Positions 28,098 through 42,977 of a DNA stretch of 64,000 nucleotides are shown piece after piece. Origin of the DNA: Octopus vulgaris (lineage: Eukaryota). The stretch covers positions 17,298,001-17,362,000 of the forward strand of contig OX597832.1 in the NCBI GenBank assembly GCA_951406725.2, given 5' to 3'. The position numbers were made by a program, and so were the translations under genes. Every line of letters begins with the position of its first letter. Within the stretch, counting starts at the first letter, position 1. Under the pieces are notes generated by a model. The model was not told the DNA's origin. It searched no databases and saw only the letters and a list, made by a program, of their open reading frames with translations.

Positions 28098-29036
28098 GTA
28101 TATACATATTAACGTATACATATATATATATGTGCATATATTTTTACATATACGTATACGCACACACGAGCACACGAGCACACACACACATACACACACA
28201 CACTTATGTGTATATGTATGCCTGTATATATGCTATGTAAGTATATATATATGCATATAAGCAAAACCTATAGTCGCCTTAATTGAAGGAACGTTCCCAG
28301 TAACCTTAGTTTCGTATTCTTTTTTTTTTAATCTTCCTCTAGCACTTTCTCCTTCACTCTGTCCGTCTGACAGTTCGTCTGGCTATCTGTCTTCTTCTTG
28401 TCTTTTATTCTTCATTTTTAAATATCTCATTTAATATTACCACTCATGTTTTTATCCGGCAACTATAATTTTTTGTTTCTTACAATTGTGCAAAAGTTTC
28501 TTTGCGGAATATACCTTTTTTTAAAAAAAATTTCTTTTTAGCTCGGTGTCATTAAATTATTAACATTTCCAAAGACTAAAAAAAATACAATTTTTCTAGA
28601 TATATTTCGTCTGCAAAAGAAAAACAAACGACAAAAAAGAAAAAAAAAAAAAAAAAACATAGAAAAAAAAAAAACAAAATAAAAAATAAAAACAAAATCA
28701 TAAAAATATAGGAAAAAGTCAATACATAAATGTATAATAAATAAGTTTAAAGAAAATTATATGAGATGTATAATCTCTCTAATATAACTATCATGACATT
28801 TGAAATGCACGGGCTGCTCCCGACGTTACTTGCGCCCGTCTTCAATTCCACGTTTATCCCCGGTACCAATCAGAGGAACTACATGTCTTCATGGCTCTCT
28901 TTCTCTCTCTCTTTCTTTCTAGCTATTTATTTATTCATTTATTTATTTATTTATTTATTTTAGTATGTTTTCATGCGTATGTTTGTGTGTACGTACGTAT
29001 ATATGAATACACACATACTCACGCTCATGATACTAC

Positions 29037-29075
<39 letters not shown>

Positions 29076-29150
29076 ATATCTCTGCTCTATATCTATATCT
29101 TTATATGTACATATGATTGTGCATGTGAGAATGTGAAATACCTATGCATG

Positions 29151-29205
<55 letters not shown>

Positions 29206-29576
29206 TCATATATGTTTATGTATATACGTATGTGTATGTATATATATATGCATGTATGTATACATATATGCGCGCGCGATTGTAAGTGTTTGTGTGTGTG
29301 AGTGCGTGTGTGCGTGTGTATGTGTTTGTGTACATATATCATGTATAGATGCAAGTATGTATTCGGTATGTTTATATACTCAACCATAGGTATGTTGTAT
29401 GTTTCTTTACATTTGCTTAAGTAGTTATTTTTCTATAATTTTATATAAAATTAGTAGATATATATAGAGAGTTCTTTGTGTTTAAATAGGGGTATTATAT
29501 TGTCTAAAATATATAACTGTTTTTAGTGAGTTGATGAATAGTATACATATATAAATACATACATATATATATATGT

Positions 29577-29619
<43 letters not shown>

Positions 29620-29905
29620 TATATATATAAGATTGTAGATATATATACATATATATGTATATATATAAAAACATATATATAAATATATACACATATACAT
29701 ATATATATATATTTATATATATATACATATATATACATATATACATATATATATAAATATATATACATATGTATATATGCATATAAATATACATACACAT
29801 ATATGTACATATATAAATACATACATATACGTATATATATATACACTCATATATATATATATATATATGCGTCTTTGTGTATTTATGTATGTGAATACAG
29901 AGAGT

Positions 29906-29965
<60 letters not shown>

Positions 29966-30542
29966 CGTATGTATGCATATATATGTGTGTGTGTATGCAT
30001 GTGCATTCATACAAAAATGCATGGATACTCTCATACATATATGCATACACACCCACATATAAACAAATAAAATGTTATTTATTTGTGTGTATGTTCTGAT
30101 GTATTGCCTGAATATTTTTATGGTAGTGTTTCTTTGTACGTAGATCTATGTGGCTATAGATTGTAGAACGGGGAGGCTGTCTTTAATGGATTTTATGATT
30201 TGTATACATATGGCCATTTAGCATTGAAAGGATCTTGTTGGCGATTTTATTCAAAAAGTGATTAAAGGAAAACAAGAAGTAGACGTCGAAGGAGAACAAC
30301 AATGGCAAAAACAACGACGACAGCAAATACTACTACGGGTGCCGCCGCCATCACTACCTTCATCATCCTCATCACCACTACCACCACCACCACCACCACA
30401 ACAACAACAACAGCAATAACTACTACTACTACTGTTGCTGCTGCTACTGCTGCTGATGCTGCTACTGCCACTACTACTGATACTATCACTACTGTTACTC
30501 CTAATAATAATGATGAAAACAATAATAAGAAAAATAATAATT

Positions 30543-30623
<81 letters not shown>

Positions 30624-30674
30624 GCAATGGAAATCAAGACACAATACTGCTGATGATGAGACCTATAATGGTGC

Positions 30675-30707
<33 letters not shown>

Positions 30708-31109
30708 TATACTAATATAGGATAAAATTTGTTTTTTCAAAAAAAACTTCATCAAAAATTGGCAGCATATTAAAATACCTTTAAAGGTTAAAATTATAAA
30801 CAACTTATAAACAAGGGCAAAAGAAAATTTATTTCTATACCAATATGCTGATAACAGACTTTAAATCGTCCATTTCCCCATTTCATTATACATTCGCTAT
30901 AAATATACGTCGTGCTGAAATCGAGGAAATCTAGCCAACAGAATCTTTTTAAAAAGTTCGTTATTTCTATATTGAATCAATTTCGGAATTAATCCTATGG
31001 ATTCTTCCCTGTTCAGTAGAAAATACGATAAGAAATAAATGAACTGCTTATACGCACCAATGGAATAAAGCAAAAGCAAGAGTCAGGTGTACACATAAGT
31101 ACCCCAGTC

Positions 31110-31216
31110 ATTAGAAGCAACGAAAATTTTAGGAAAATAAAAATAAGTGGAAATTTTACCGGTGAGTGTATTGAATTATAAGGCCCAAAAAGAAAATGAC
31201 TCTCCCTAGACACAAG
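31110..31216 (+). mobile_element. Fragment of the 9267/44529 repeat family
   Basis: gcaacgaaaatttta...ataagtggaaattttaccggtgagtgt...gactctccctagacacaa. Confidence 0.75.
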
Positions 31217-31422
31217 AGAATATTATTCTTATTATTATTATATTATTCGCAATTATCATCGTCTTGCCTTTTATTTCGGATTTTTATGACAACCTGAAGA
31301 ATGACTTTATCGGAACCGTTAAAAACGTATACACCATAATAACAATTTTGACCGAGAATAATTTGCCTCTTCACGTGATACTGTTTTCCTTCTTCACACA
31401 TATATGTACATGTGTGTGTGTA

Positions 31423-31488
<66 letters not shown>

Positions 31489-31604
31489 GGTTTACAGATG
31501 CGCCCCAATTGATATACGTATCTATTATTGTATAGTATAGACATATATGTAAGTACATTTTATATATATATATATATATATACATACATAAACTAAATAA
31601 AAAT

Positions 31605-31857
31605 AAATGCACCCTTATTAAAGCCTAGCCATGCTCATGGGCCCGGTTTTCCGGTTTCTATGGCGTATGATTTCCCCAGCTGAACGAGACTCCAGTCCAT
31701 CGCAGCTTTACTCAATTTTGTCGGCTGAGTGGACTGGAGCAACGTGAAACGAAGTGCTTTGCTACAAGAACACAACGCGTCGCCCGTGCCAGGAATCGAA
31801 ACCACAATCTTACGATCATGATGCTGACACCCTAACCACTAAGCCATGCGCCTCCAC
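31605..31857 (-). mobile_element. SINE family B2 (tRNA head, ctgcgatggactgg central domain)
   Basis: Head gtggaggcgcatggcttagtggttagg and B box ggtttcgattcc on the minus strand. Confidence 0.85.
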
Positions 31858-32177
31858 TTATATACGTATATATACATATGCGAACAACCTTTTATTTATA
31901 TACTTAAAATCAAGCGAAATGACATAAATTAATCGAGATATTACTCAAGTATTTTGACCATGATTGATGACTCTCACAGACTTTTCACTTTACACCAAAT
32001 AGGATTAAATTGATTTTTTTCTAATCAGCGTCGATTTGAGAAACATTTATGTCTTTAAGGATTCTTGAATGTAATTACATCTTCAATGTTTGTGAATACG
32101 TATATATGTATGTGTGTATGTACGTATGTTTGTATATTAATTTGAGATTTATATATGTGCTTCTCTCTCTCTCTCTG

Positions 32178-32206
<29 letters not shown>

Positions 32207-32209
<3 letters not shown>

Positions 32210-32364
32210 ACATAAGGGACTAAAGCCATCTGAATATGGCTAGGGACAGGGCAGGGTCGTGGGGGTGTTACTGTTGCATTTAGCCCCAGGCGAACAACAG
32301 TAACACCCCCACCACCCTGCCCTGTCCCTAGCCATATTCAGATGGCTTTAGTCCCTTATGTTAT
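32207..32364. repeat. Near-perfect 70 bp-arm hairpin inserted in (TA)n
   Basis: Arms 32207-32276 and 32295-32364, one mismatch seen, 18 nt loop. Confidence 0.95.
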
Positions 32365-32406
32365 CGAGCAGTTACTGTCTATCTCTCTTGTAGAGACTTA
32401 TTATTG

Positions 32407-32445
<39 letters not shown>

Positions 32446-32449
<4 letters not shown>

Positions 32450-32784
32450 AGGCGCATGGCTCAGTGGTTAGAGCGTCGAGATTACAATCGTGAGGTTGTG
32501 AGCTCGAATCCCGGATCGGGCTGCGTGTTGTGTTCTTGAGCAAGGCACTTTATTTCATGTTGCTCCAGTTCACTCAGCTGTAGAAATGAGTTGCGACGTC
32601 ACTGGTGCCAAGCTGTATCGACCTTTGTCTTTCCCTTGGATAATACTGGTGGCGTGGAGAGGGGAGGCTGGTATGCATGGGCGACTGCTGGTCTTCCATA
32701 AACAACCCTGCCCGGACTTGTGTCTAGGAGGGTAACTTTCTAGGTGCAATCCCATGGTCATTCATGACCGAAGGGGGTCTTTAC
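32446..32784 (+). mobile_element. SINE family B1, full length
   Basis: A box tggctcagtgg, B box gagctcgaatccc; second copy at 14133. Confidence 0.9.
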
Positions 32785-32801
32785 TTTTATATATATATAT
32801 A

Positions 32802-33010
32802 GTTAATCCAAACATGAAAACACAAAAAGAAAACACAACAACGCGAGGACGTGGAACAAGTATACTATGATTGGACGCTCAGGAAAGAAGGAGGGTTTAA
32901 CGTTTCGAGCGGAGCTCTTCGTCAGAAACATAGGAAACGGAAAGATCCAAAGAAGGGAAAACGGAGGGAAAAAAATCGCCAACGGTACACATGCGGTCAC
33001 ATTTTGAAAT
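32802..33010 (-). mobile_element. Short TA-flanked insert carrying a hammerhead (Penelope pLTR-like fragment)
   Basis: ~210 bp unique insert between TA tracts containing the motif at 32895-32929. Confidence 0.7.
32895..32929 (-). ncRNA. Minimal type I hammerhead ribozyme with canonical core
   Basis: Reverse complement reads GTTT CTGACGA A GAGC tcc GCTC GAAA CG TT AAAC. Confidence 0.8.
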
Positions 33011-33019
33011 ATATGCATA

Positions 33020-33208
<189 letters not shown>

Positions 33209-33239
33209 TCTTTATCTGTTAGTTCAGCTCAAGGACTTA

Positions 33240-33660
33240 GGCTCTGCAGAGAATACACCAATTGGTCTTGGTATTTTGTAAATGAGGGAAATTGATGATG
33301 CTGCCATCATTCCCAATTCCTGCTGTGGTGTTGGCTCATCTGGGACTCTTGACACTGGGAGACCCAGTTTAGTTTTATAGACATCTACGTCCACATGTTG
33401 TAGGTCTCTCAGCTCCTTCGGGAAGATATTGAAGAGCTGTGGGAACTTGAATCCCAAATTATTGTCATATCTTGTGCTGTATTTTAACGGCAAGGGAGGG
33501 ATTTTACGTAATATGCAATGGTATCTTGTTATGGCATTTGTATAAACTTTAACACTAAAGATCGGGATGAGTCTTTCCAGGAACTTCCATGTGTCATATC
33601 GTAACATAACTTGCCCGCTCTTAAGTCTTTCCCAGTACCTATTTTCTGCCTTAAGACTAT
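33240..33660 (-). mobile_element. CR1/L2-group LINE 3' fragment (ORF2 C-terminus)
   Basis: YWERLK...TWKFLE...GFKFPQLFNIFPKELRDL...VPDEP...AASSISL matches the post-RT tail of CR1-group ORF2. Confidence 0.75.
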
Positions 33661-33679
33661 CTTCTCTATCCATCCATTC

Positions 33680-33799
<120 letters not shown>

Positions 33800-33951
33800 A
33801 TCTATCTATCTATCTATCTCTCTATCAATCTATCTATCTATCTGTCTGTCTGTCTGTCTGTCTGTCTTTCTGTCTATCTTTGTAATTGTGCATGCATCCG
33901 TCTCTCTCTCTCTCTCTCTCCCTATTTCCCTATATCTACATCCATCCATCC

Positions 33952-33996
<45 letters not shown>

Positions 33997-33999
33997 CAC

Positions 34000-34041
<42 letters not shown>

Positions 34042-34525
34042 ACATATGCTTATATATACATATATGGATATATGTGTATTTGAATGCTCCCTTGTGCATG
34101 TAAGTCTCTGTGTGTGCATGTGTGTGCGCGCGCGTGGGAGTGTGTGTGCGTCCTCATGTTCGTGTGAATATGATTTTCGTGTGCGTGTGTCTGTTTGTGT
34201 GAATGCATTTATTTTAAAATTTTATCATTCGTGGGTCAAGAAAATGTATTTAATGATGCAGGTTAAATGACCTCTGAGTTTGATGCGCTGAGATCGAGAG
34301 TTTGTTGCATAAGATCATCACACGTTGTCACGTAGCTTAACTGCAACACCATTCAACACATGGTAATGCCGGGGGGACGCAGTTCGAGTCGGGGAGGAAG
34401 GAAAGTGAAGTGGTATAACAGCAATGAGTAGGTGTGGCGGGTAGAATGATAGAAATTAATGACGAGGGGGAAAAGAGAAAGATGAGTCGGAGGAGGAATC
34501 GAGGAATGTAGAAATAAAAGAAACG

Positions 34526-35432
<907 letters not shown>

Positions 35433-36007
35433 CGAAATTATAAGCAACAGCGACAACGTGGTAACGAAGCAAGTGGCGTTGATTACGATAATGGCTCTTG
35501 TTATATTTGTCGTTGGTGACAAAGAAAATAAGGATGAAATACCGAAAAAGAAAAACCTCAGAAGGGATAATATCTATGTGAAAAAAAAAAAAAAGAAAAA
35601 CAGAGCAAAAATGAAAAAGTAAAAAGATAAAACAAGTTAAGTGTTAATAATACAGTTACGAGTAGAATGAATACACAGAAAACAAACGAGAAAGAATTCA
35701 AAAATAATGAATGCAACAACATCCACATCAGCCATCAAACATTGTGCCGTCCATGAGAAGGTTTCACCTTTTAATTCACAATTCGGATGTGTACATGTAT
35801 ATATTTACATAATGAACATGGCAGTCATAGAGGCTGACATGTATATTCGTAACTGTGTTTTTGTTCTTTGTTTGTATCTTTCTACTGTGTTTTTTTTTGT
35901 TTTGTTTTCATTTTATCCATGACGTGTCACAGCCTGTATGGATATTAGACGATCGTATCGCTCCCGTATATATTTTGGAGCGATATGATATATATATATA
36001 TATATAT

Positions 36008-36225
36008 TATTTCATTACTGCCCACAAGGGGCTACACACAGTGGGGACAAACAAGGATAGACAAACGGATTAAGTCGATTATATCAACCCCAGTGGTACT
36101 TATTTAATCGACCCCGAAAGGATGAAAGGCAAAGTCGACCTCGGCGAAATTTGAACTCAGAACGTAGCAACAGACGAAATATCGCTAAGCATTTCGCCCG
36201 GTGTGCTAATCTTTCTGCCAGCTCG

Positions 36226-36230
<5 letters not shown>
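36008..36230 (-). mobile_element. SINE family C, near full length
   Basis: Minus-strand head aggcgagctggcagaaag, B-box-like gagttcaaatt, central gcctttcatcctttcggggtcgatt. Confidence 0.9.
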
Positions 36231-36272
<42 letters not shown>

Positions 36273-36298
36273 CAATATGTTACATTACTCGGTAGTCA

Positions 36299-36361
36299 AG
36301 ATAAAACTCTGAGTTTCAGATGCCGAAGTGGAAATCCACAACACCATCTCTTCGGTTATCT
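36299..36361 (-). ncRNA. Minimal type I hammerhead ribozyme, CCGAAGA core
   Basis: Reverse complement reads AGATAA CCGAAGA GATG...CATC T GAAA CTCAGAG TT TTATCT: 6 bp helix I and quasi-palindromic helix III; lies in a TA-flanked insert at 36273-36603. Confidence 0.65.
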
Positions 36362-36600
36362 GGCTATTTGAAAACGTTATGAAAAAATACCGTTAAATAA
36401 AGGGAAATTACTCTGTTATAACTCTGCTTGCCTGCGTACTTATACATCGCTCGCATTTTTCGTCATAAAAATTTTATAAAAATACATAAAAAATATATAA
36501 AAAATATATGAAAATATATAAATTCTTCTTGGGACATAACATAGAAAGCATGTTCTATCTGTTTTCTTTAGGGGAGCAAAAACGTAACAGAAATTTAGTC

Positions 36601-36659
<59 letters not shown>

Positions 36660-36661
<2 letters not shown>

Positions 36662-37009
36662 GTTTATTCTTTTATTTGTTTCAGTCATTTGCACCACCTT
36701 TAGTCGAACAAATCGACCTCAGGACTTATTCTTTGTAAACCTAGTACTTATTTTATAAGTCTCTCTTGCCGAGCCTCTAAATTACGGAGCCGTAAACATA
36801 ATAATATCGGTTGTCAAGCGATAGTAAGGGGACAAACGTATACATATATATATCTATACGACGATATTCTTTCAGTTTCCGTCTACCCAATCCACTCACA
36901 AAGCTTTGGTCGGCCCGAAGCTATTGTAGAAGACAAGGTTCCATACTGACCCAAGATTCCACACAGTGTGACAGAACCCAGAACCATGTGATTCGTAAAC
37001 AAGCTACTT
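36660..37009 (-). mobile_element. SINE family A, decayed copy
   Basis: Reverse complement colinear with 17428-17836. Confidence 0.85.
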
Positions 37010-37578
37010 CATTTCATTTAATTGGCTATAAAAGCCGTACATAGAGGTAGTCGCTGCGGGCTGGACACAGATACAATGATAATGGAATGAAAGAAATGGT
37101 TGGTGGGTGAAGTAAACAATGCCCACCGATTGCTGCTTCTCGAAAAAATTGTTCTCTGTTTTTAACAATAAAGCAAAATGAGGTATTGAACCTCTTGCCT
37201 CAGTTCAAAAATTGACGAAATCGTCCTCACAAACTGAGGCGCTGAGCCTCTTACCAAAAACTACAAATAATACAAATTCAAACTGAGGCACTAAGGCTTC
37301 TTATCTTTCTTCCCCGACCAGGCTACATGCCTTCCGTAGGCAATCCTGCAGTTCCAAGGCGGGGCTCCAGAAGACAAACCTATATTGGTCCTTGGGAAAG
37401 GAGTCCATTACACCGAACATTTCCTCCTCCGTTATGGCCTCCACAGTTATGGAAATAGATAGATAGATATACATAGATAGATGGGATAGCTAGATAGATA
37501 GAATGATAGATAGATAAATAACAAGGTAGATAAATTGATAGATAGATAGATAGATAGGTAGATAAATAGGTTAGATAT

Positions 37579-37622
<44 letters not shown>

Positions 37623-37648
37623 AGAGGTAGATAAATTGATAGACAGAC

Positions 37649-37746
<98 letters not shown>

Positions 37747-37921
37747 GGAGAGTGAGAAAGAAATCGGTAGATGGTGAAGAAGATATACAATATAAATTAT
37801 TTTCGAAACGTTTCTCAATAGAAACGTTTCACTGTAAAGTTCACCACTATCAATTATTATTATTAACAATGCAGGCATAACATCATCATCATTATCAAAA
37901 CGACATCAACAAGTATATGTG

Positions 37922-38226
<305 letters not shown>

Positions 38227-38294
38227 ATATTTTTAATCGAATGAAAGCAGGCAAACAAGTATGATTCAAAAATAATCTGTATGCATATACGTGC

Positions 38295-38365
<71 letters not shown>

Positions 38366-38516
38366 AATATGTGTGTATATATAAAGACATTTATATAGTC
38401 ACACATATATCAAATATATATACTTACACACACATATACTTACATATATACATACATACACACTTTATACATACATATATGCATATATATATACATATAT
38501 ATATATACACACACAC

Positions 38517-38553
<37 letters not shown>

Positions 38554-38882
38554 GATATATATATATATGTTCATTCTACATACACATATACATAACATCC
38601 GTAAATATTTACCCGATCTTTCTATAAGTGAAAACAAAGATTTGCGTCAGAAAAAGTATCAGCTAGGTGAAATACGTAATTAAAATATTAATTAGATAAA
38701 TAAACATCCTTTTCAATGGAAATCGATAACTCGAAAGGAAATTACCTCTCTTTAGTTATTCATAGCACTGATATTTATCTATCCATTTCATTATTATTAC
38801 TATTATGATTATTATTATTATTATCATTATTATTATTATTCTTGTTGTTGCTGCTGTTGTTGTTGTTGTTGTTATTATTATT

Positions 38883-38968
<86 letters not shown>

Positions 38969-39059
38969 CGTGACCATCATCATCATTATATGTGCTGATA
39001 ATAATAAAAATAATAAAAATAGTAATAACAACTTCTACTACTACATCAAGAAGAACAAC

Positions 39060-39108
<49 letters not shown>

Positions 39109-39525
39109 GTCAGTTGTTTGACTATAACCAGTTGAGCATGTCCCTTAGTGACTGACGATATGTGCATCTCTGATCACGAACAGAAGTAGTGGGGGAGCAT
39201 CATAGCCATGTGTTGAGAGGGATTCTTTGGGGTTTGAATAATTCACCTCTGGAGACATGGGTGGGTTTTTCAACATCCTTAAACAACCCTTATTCAGGGA
39301 CCGTTTGAGCGGGATGGGCTACTCAACCTGAAGAAAATTCTAACTGGGCCCCACCTGCAAGGTCATGTGCAGTTTATCTTGATATGAGATCACCATGCCG
39401 CGCACATATGGTTGTGATGCATGTGCCTGGTATGCCCTTATCAGACGGGTAGTCATGATGGGTATATTGGGCTTCGTATATTTTACCCCAGTGTCACTTT
39501 GATGGCATGAACTACTCTCTCACTC
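39109..39525 (+). mobile_element. RLE retrotransposon family 2, 3' UTR-only insertion in (AAT)n
   Basis: Colinear with 21308-21718, same 3' end, pure (AAT)n on both sides. Confidence 0.7.
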
Positions 39526-39587
<62 letters not shown>

Positions 39588-40938
39588 GGAAAAATAAGGA
39601 AACTGTTGACAATGCATAGAATGCACCACCCTAAGGCAGATACAGAACGACTCTATCTGCCAAGAAAAGAGGGAGGCCGTGGTCTTTTGCAACTGGCAAT
39701 AACAATGGAGATTGCTACAATTGGCCTAGACACCTACCTGAAAAACTCTGAGGACTGGATATTAAAACTTGCCTCAAAACATGAAAACAAGAAAGCATCA
39801 TACTCAGTCACAAAACAGGCAAAGGAATATCTAAGTGAATTCCGAATACAACCAATTTCGGAAATAGAGATAGATATACAAGAAACAAGCACAGAAAAAG
39901 CTAGGCGCATGAAAACCCGTGCCAAAACTGCGGCCTTAGATATTCTGAATAATAAATGGCAAGAAAAACCTCTCTATGGCAAATACCCAAAGAGAGCGAA
40001 TAATGCAGATATCGACAAATCCCTGACCCATCAATGGCTAATGGCCTCTGGCTTAAAATCTGAAACAGAGGGGTTTATCATAGCAGCTCAAGATCAATGC
40101 CTACCAACAAGAAACTACCAGGCCAACATATTAAAGATCAGAAGCAGTCCAACGTGTCGTGTATGCAAGCAACAAAATGAGACCATTGACCATGTGGTCT
40201 CCAAGTGCAGTCTTCTAGCGCCTACAGAGTATCTCAACAGGCACGATAGAGCTGCACAATATATTCACTGGGTAATCTGTAAAAACCTGGATTTGCCCCA
40301 TGAAAAAAACTGGTGGGAACACAAACCACCCCCAGTGCTTGAAAATGACCACATCTCACTCCTCTGGAACTTCACCATTCAAACTGACAGGAAGATAGAT
40401 GCAAATAGGCCAGACATCATATTGAAAGACTTCAAACAAAGAACATGCCTCCTCATTGATATGACTGTCCCAATCGATATAAACGTATCTGTCAAGACCT
40501 ACCAAAAACTGAGCAAATATAAAGATCTTGAAATAGAAATCAGCAAAATGTGGAAGCTGAAGACTAAAACAACACCTGTTGTCATAGGTGCCCTGGGAAT
40601 GATAGCAAAAGGGGCTGATAGCTACCTAACTCAGATACCAGGAAACCCAAAAATGGCAGAAGTTCAAAAGATAGTGCTCATGGGAACTGCTCATATCCTA
40701 CGCAAAATACTCTCTATGTAATCTCAAGGTTTAAAACAAACATAATTTTCGGTTTAAAAAAAAAAAAAAAAAACCTTTTTTTTTTTTTAGACATTCATTA
40801 GTACAACATCCCCACTTCCCAAATATATGGCACACTAGGCATAACAATAACATGAACTTCCAACCCTGTTGTCTTTTGAGGTCTCTGGGTGAGACTTGGA
40901 GCCAACTTGTACAAATATAAAGCAAAAGTCAAACATAG
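39588..40938 (+). mobile_element. 5'-truncated R4/Dong-like non-LTR retrotransposon (family 1) in (TAA)n
   Basis: Open frame starts at the microsatellite junction; ~217 bp 3' UTR ends directly in (AAT)n. Confidence 0.92.
39606..40721 (+). CDS. C-terminal part of retrotransposon ORF: RT thumb, CCHC knuckle, restriction-like endonuclease
   Basis: LYLPRKEGGRGL, CRVC...ETIDHVVSKC, RHD, NRPDIILKD...LIDMTVP, KLSKY; no stops over 371 aa. Confidence 0.92.
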   Translation: MTMHRMHHPKADTERLYLPRKEGGRGLLQLAITMEIATIGLDTYLKNSEDWILKLASKHENKKASYSVTKQAKEYLSEFRIQPISEIEIDIQETSTEKARRMKTRAKTAALDILNNKWQEKPLYGKYPKRANNADIDKSLTHQWLMASGLKSETEGFIIAAQDQCLPTRNYQANILKIRSSPTCRVCKQQNETIDHVVSKCSLLAPTEYLNRHDRAAQYIHWVICKNLDLPHEKNWWEHKPPPVLENDHISLLWNFTIQTDRKIDANRPDIILKDFKQRTCLLIDMTVPIDINVSVKTYQKLSKYKDLEIEISKMWKLKTKTTPVVIGALGMIAKGADSYLTQIPGNPKMAEVQKIVLMGTAHILRKILSM

Positions 40939-40999
40939 AATAATAATAATAATAATAATAATGAGAGTATTGATAGTAATAATAATAATAACGATTATC

Positions 41000-41397
41000 A
41001 TTTCTACTATATATAGAAGGCCTTAAATTTGGATGCAAGGAACTTGCCGATTATATCGACCAAAGTGTTTCGCTGATACTTAACTTATCAACCTCGAAAT
41101 TATGAAAGGCAAAGTCGACATCATGGAGTTTGAACTCAGATAGTATGGACGGACGAAATACCTATTTCTTTTACTATCCATAAGGGGCTAAAAACAGAGA
41201 GGACAAACAATGACCGACAAACGGATTAAGTCGATTACATCGACCCTAGTGCGTAACTGGTACGTATTTAATCGACCCCGAAATGATGAAAGGCAAAGTC
41301 GACCTCGGCGGAATTTGAACTCAGAACGTAACGGCGGACGAAATACCGGTGAGCACTTCGCCTGGCGTGCTAACGATTCCGCAAGCTCGCCGTCTTA
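41000..41397 (-). mobile_element. SINE family C, two adjacent copies (41000-41160 and 41163-41397)
   Basis: Match to 36008-36230. Confidence 0.88.
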
Positions 41398-41642
41398 ATG
41401 TTAATAATAAATAATAGTAATAATAATTTGTGTCCACAGTGGAAAATCGTATATAATTAATGCAAAATCTTGTCCAAAAAGAATAGGAAAAATACCATGA
41501 TAAATTAGTAGCTTGGAGGCACTGACAGTTTGGCAAAAAGTGTGTACCAGAATGTTCCAACATGTGGTATGAGCACCAGCTTTTGCCAGTATCAAAGTCA
41601 CGAAATGAAATTCACTTTGGATATGCCCATATACACAGATAA

Positions 41643-41948
41643 GAAACAAAGCTAAAGAAATCTCCTGTATCGACGTAGCTATACCTGCAGACAAAAATAC
41701 TGTTATGGCAGAACGATATTAATAAAAATGTATGCGACCGCTTTCAAAAATTAAGTAATAAACAGGAAAAATGATCCAGAATCCGTCTCTGGTACCAGAT
41801 CGATTCCAAAATCTAATCATTTCGTGCCAGTCACGAGGCCAAACATCCCTGAAAGTTTCATCCTTGAGATATCTTGCTCACGGACAAATAAACAAAGAAA
41901 CAAACACGACTGAAAACAATACCTCCGCCTTAGCGAAGGCGGAGGTGA
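41643..41948 (+). mobile_element. Helentron-associated (DINE-1/HINE-like) non-autonomous element
   Basis: Internal aagtttcat, (ACAA)-like repeats, then aaaacaat and a terminal 11 bp stem acctccgcctt-agcg-aaggcggaggt; the 5' boundary is uncertain. Confidence 0.6.
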
Positions 41949-42481
41949 CAGACAATTGAAATGAAATGAAATGAAATGGAATGAAATAATCTTAGTTGGC
42001 AAACAACTTAGACTGCACTTTGTTATTGAAATCTGTAATGATGATGGTTGTGGTAATGGTGATGATGATGGTGGTGGCTGAAGCCGATTCCGTGGTGAAG
42101 CGGCGGTGCTTAGATAGCGAAAAGCGTAGATTTTTTTCTTAAATGAACTAAATTTTTATATCACCTACCATATAACATATGCACATAAGTGCAACAATTT
42201 ATCCTTTACTCGCTTGAAAATAGATACGTTTTTTAAAAATAAAATATGGATTAAAGATTTTGTAAGCTACAAAGAGAAAGAATGAGATAATATAGACAAT
42301 GTACGTAAAGAGAAGCAGAGGGTCGAATCATGAGAATAAGTACGGGAGTATCAGTGTGTTGAAAGAAAAATATGAAACAAGGAGTATCAAGTGAGTATTT
42401 TTCAACACATAAGGGAACGTGTTCAGGGTACACGATGAAGTGAAAATAAGGGAAAATGTAAATAATAAAATGTAGACATTG

Positions 42482-42871
42482 AGGCGCAGGTGTGAGTGTG
42501 TGGTAATAAGCTTGCTTCCCAATCACATGGTTCCGGGTTCAGTCCCACTGCGTGGCACCTTGGGCGAGTGTCTTCTACTGTAGCCTCGTGTCGGCCAAAG
42601 CCTTGTGAGGGGATATGGTAGACGGAAACTGACCCCGAAGCGCTCCTACGTATGTATGTGTGTGTGCGTGTGTATGTTTTTGTGTGTGTGTCTCTTTATG
42701 TTTTCCTTCCCACCTCTTGTCAACCGGTGTTGGTGTGCTTACGCCCCTGTCACTTAGACTACATACCTGGTTGAAAAGAGTAAGTACTGGAGAAGAATCG
42801 TTCGACCAAACAAATTCTTCAATGTGGTGCTTCAGTATGGCCGCAGTCTAATGACTGAAAGAAGTAAAAGA
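42482..42871 (+). mobile_element. SINE family A, decayed full-length copy
   Basis: Colinear with 17428-17836. Confidence 0.88.
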
Positions 42872-42977
42872 CAAAATATATAATTGAAAGTTACAACACA
42901 GATGGCATGAATGTTCTCTGTAATCATTGGGAAGCTCTTGGAGGCGTAAATGAACATCTGAACTGTAGGCAAAATGG

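Noticed and set aside
37770-37832. GTGAAGA...GAAACGTT and twin gaaacgtttc palindromes; similar weak motifs near 5070, 16975, 31294 and 60875
   Set aside because: Cores or helices are too damaged to support individually, although they may be older relics.
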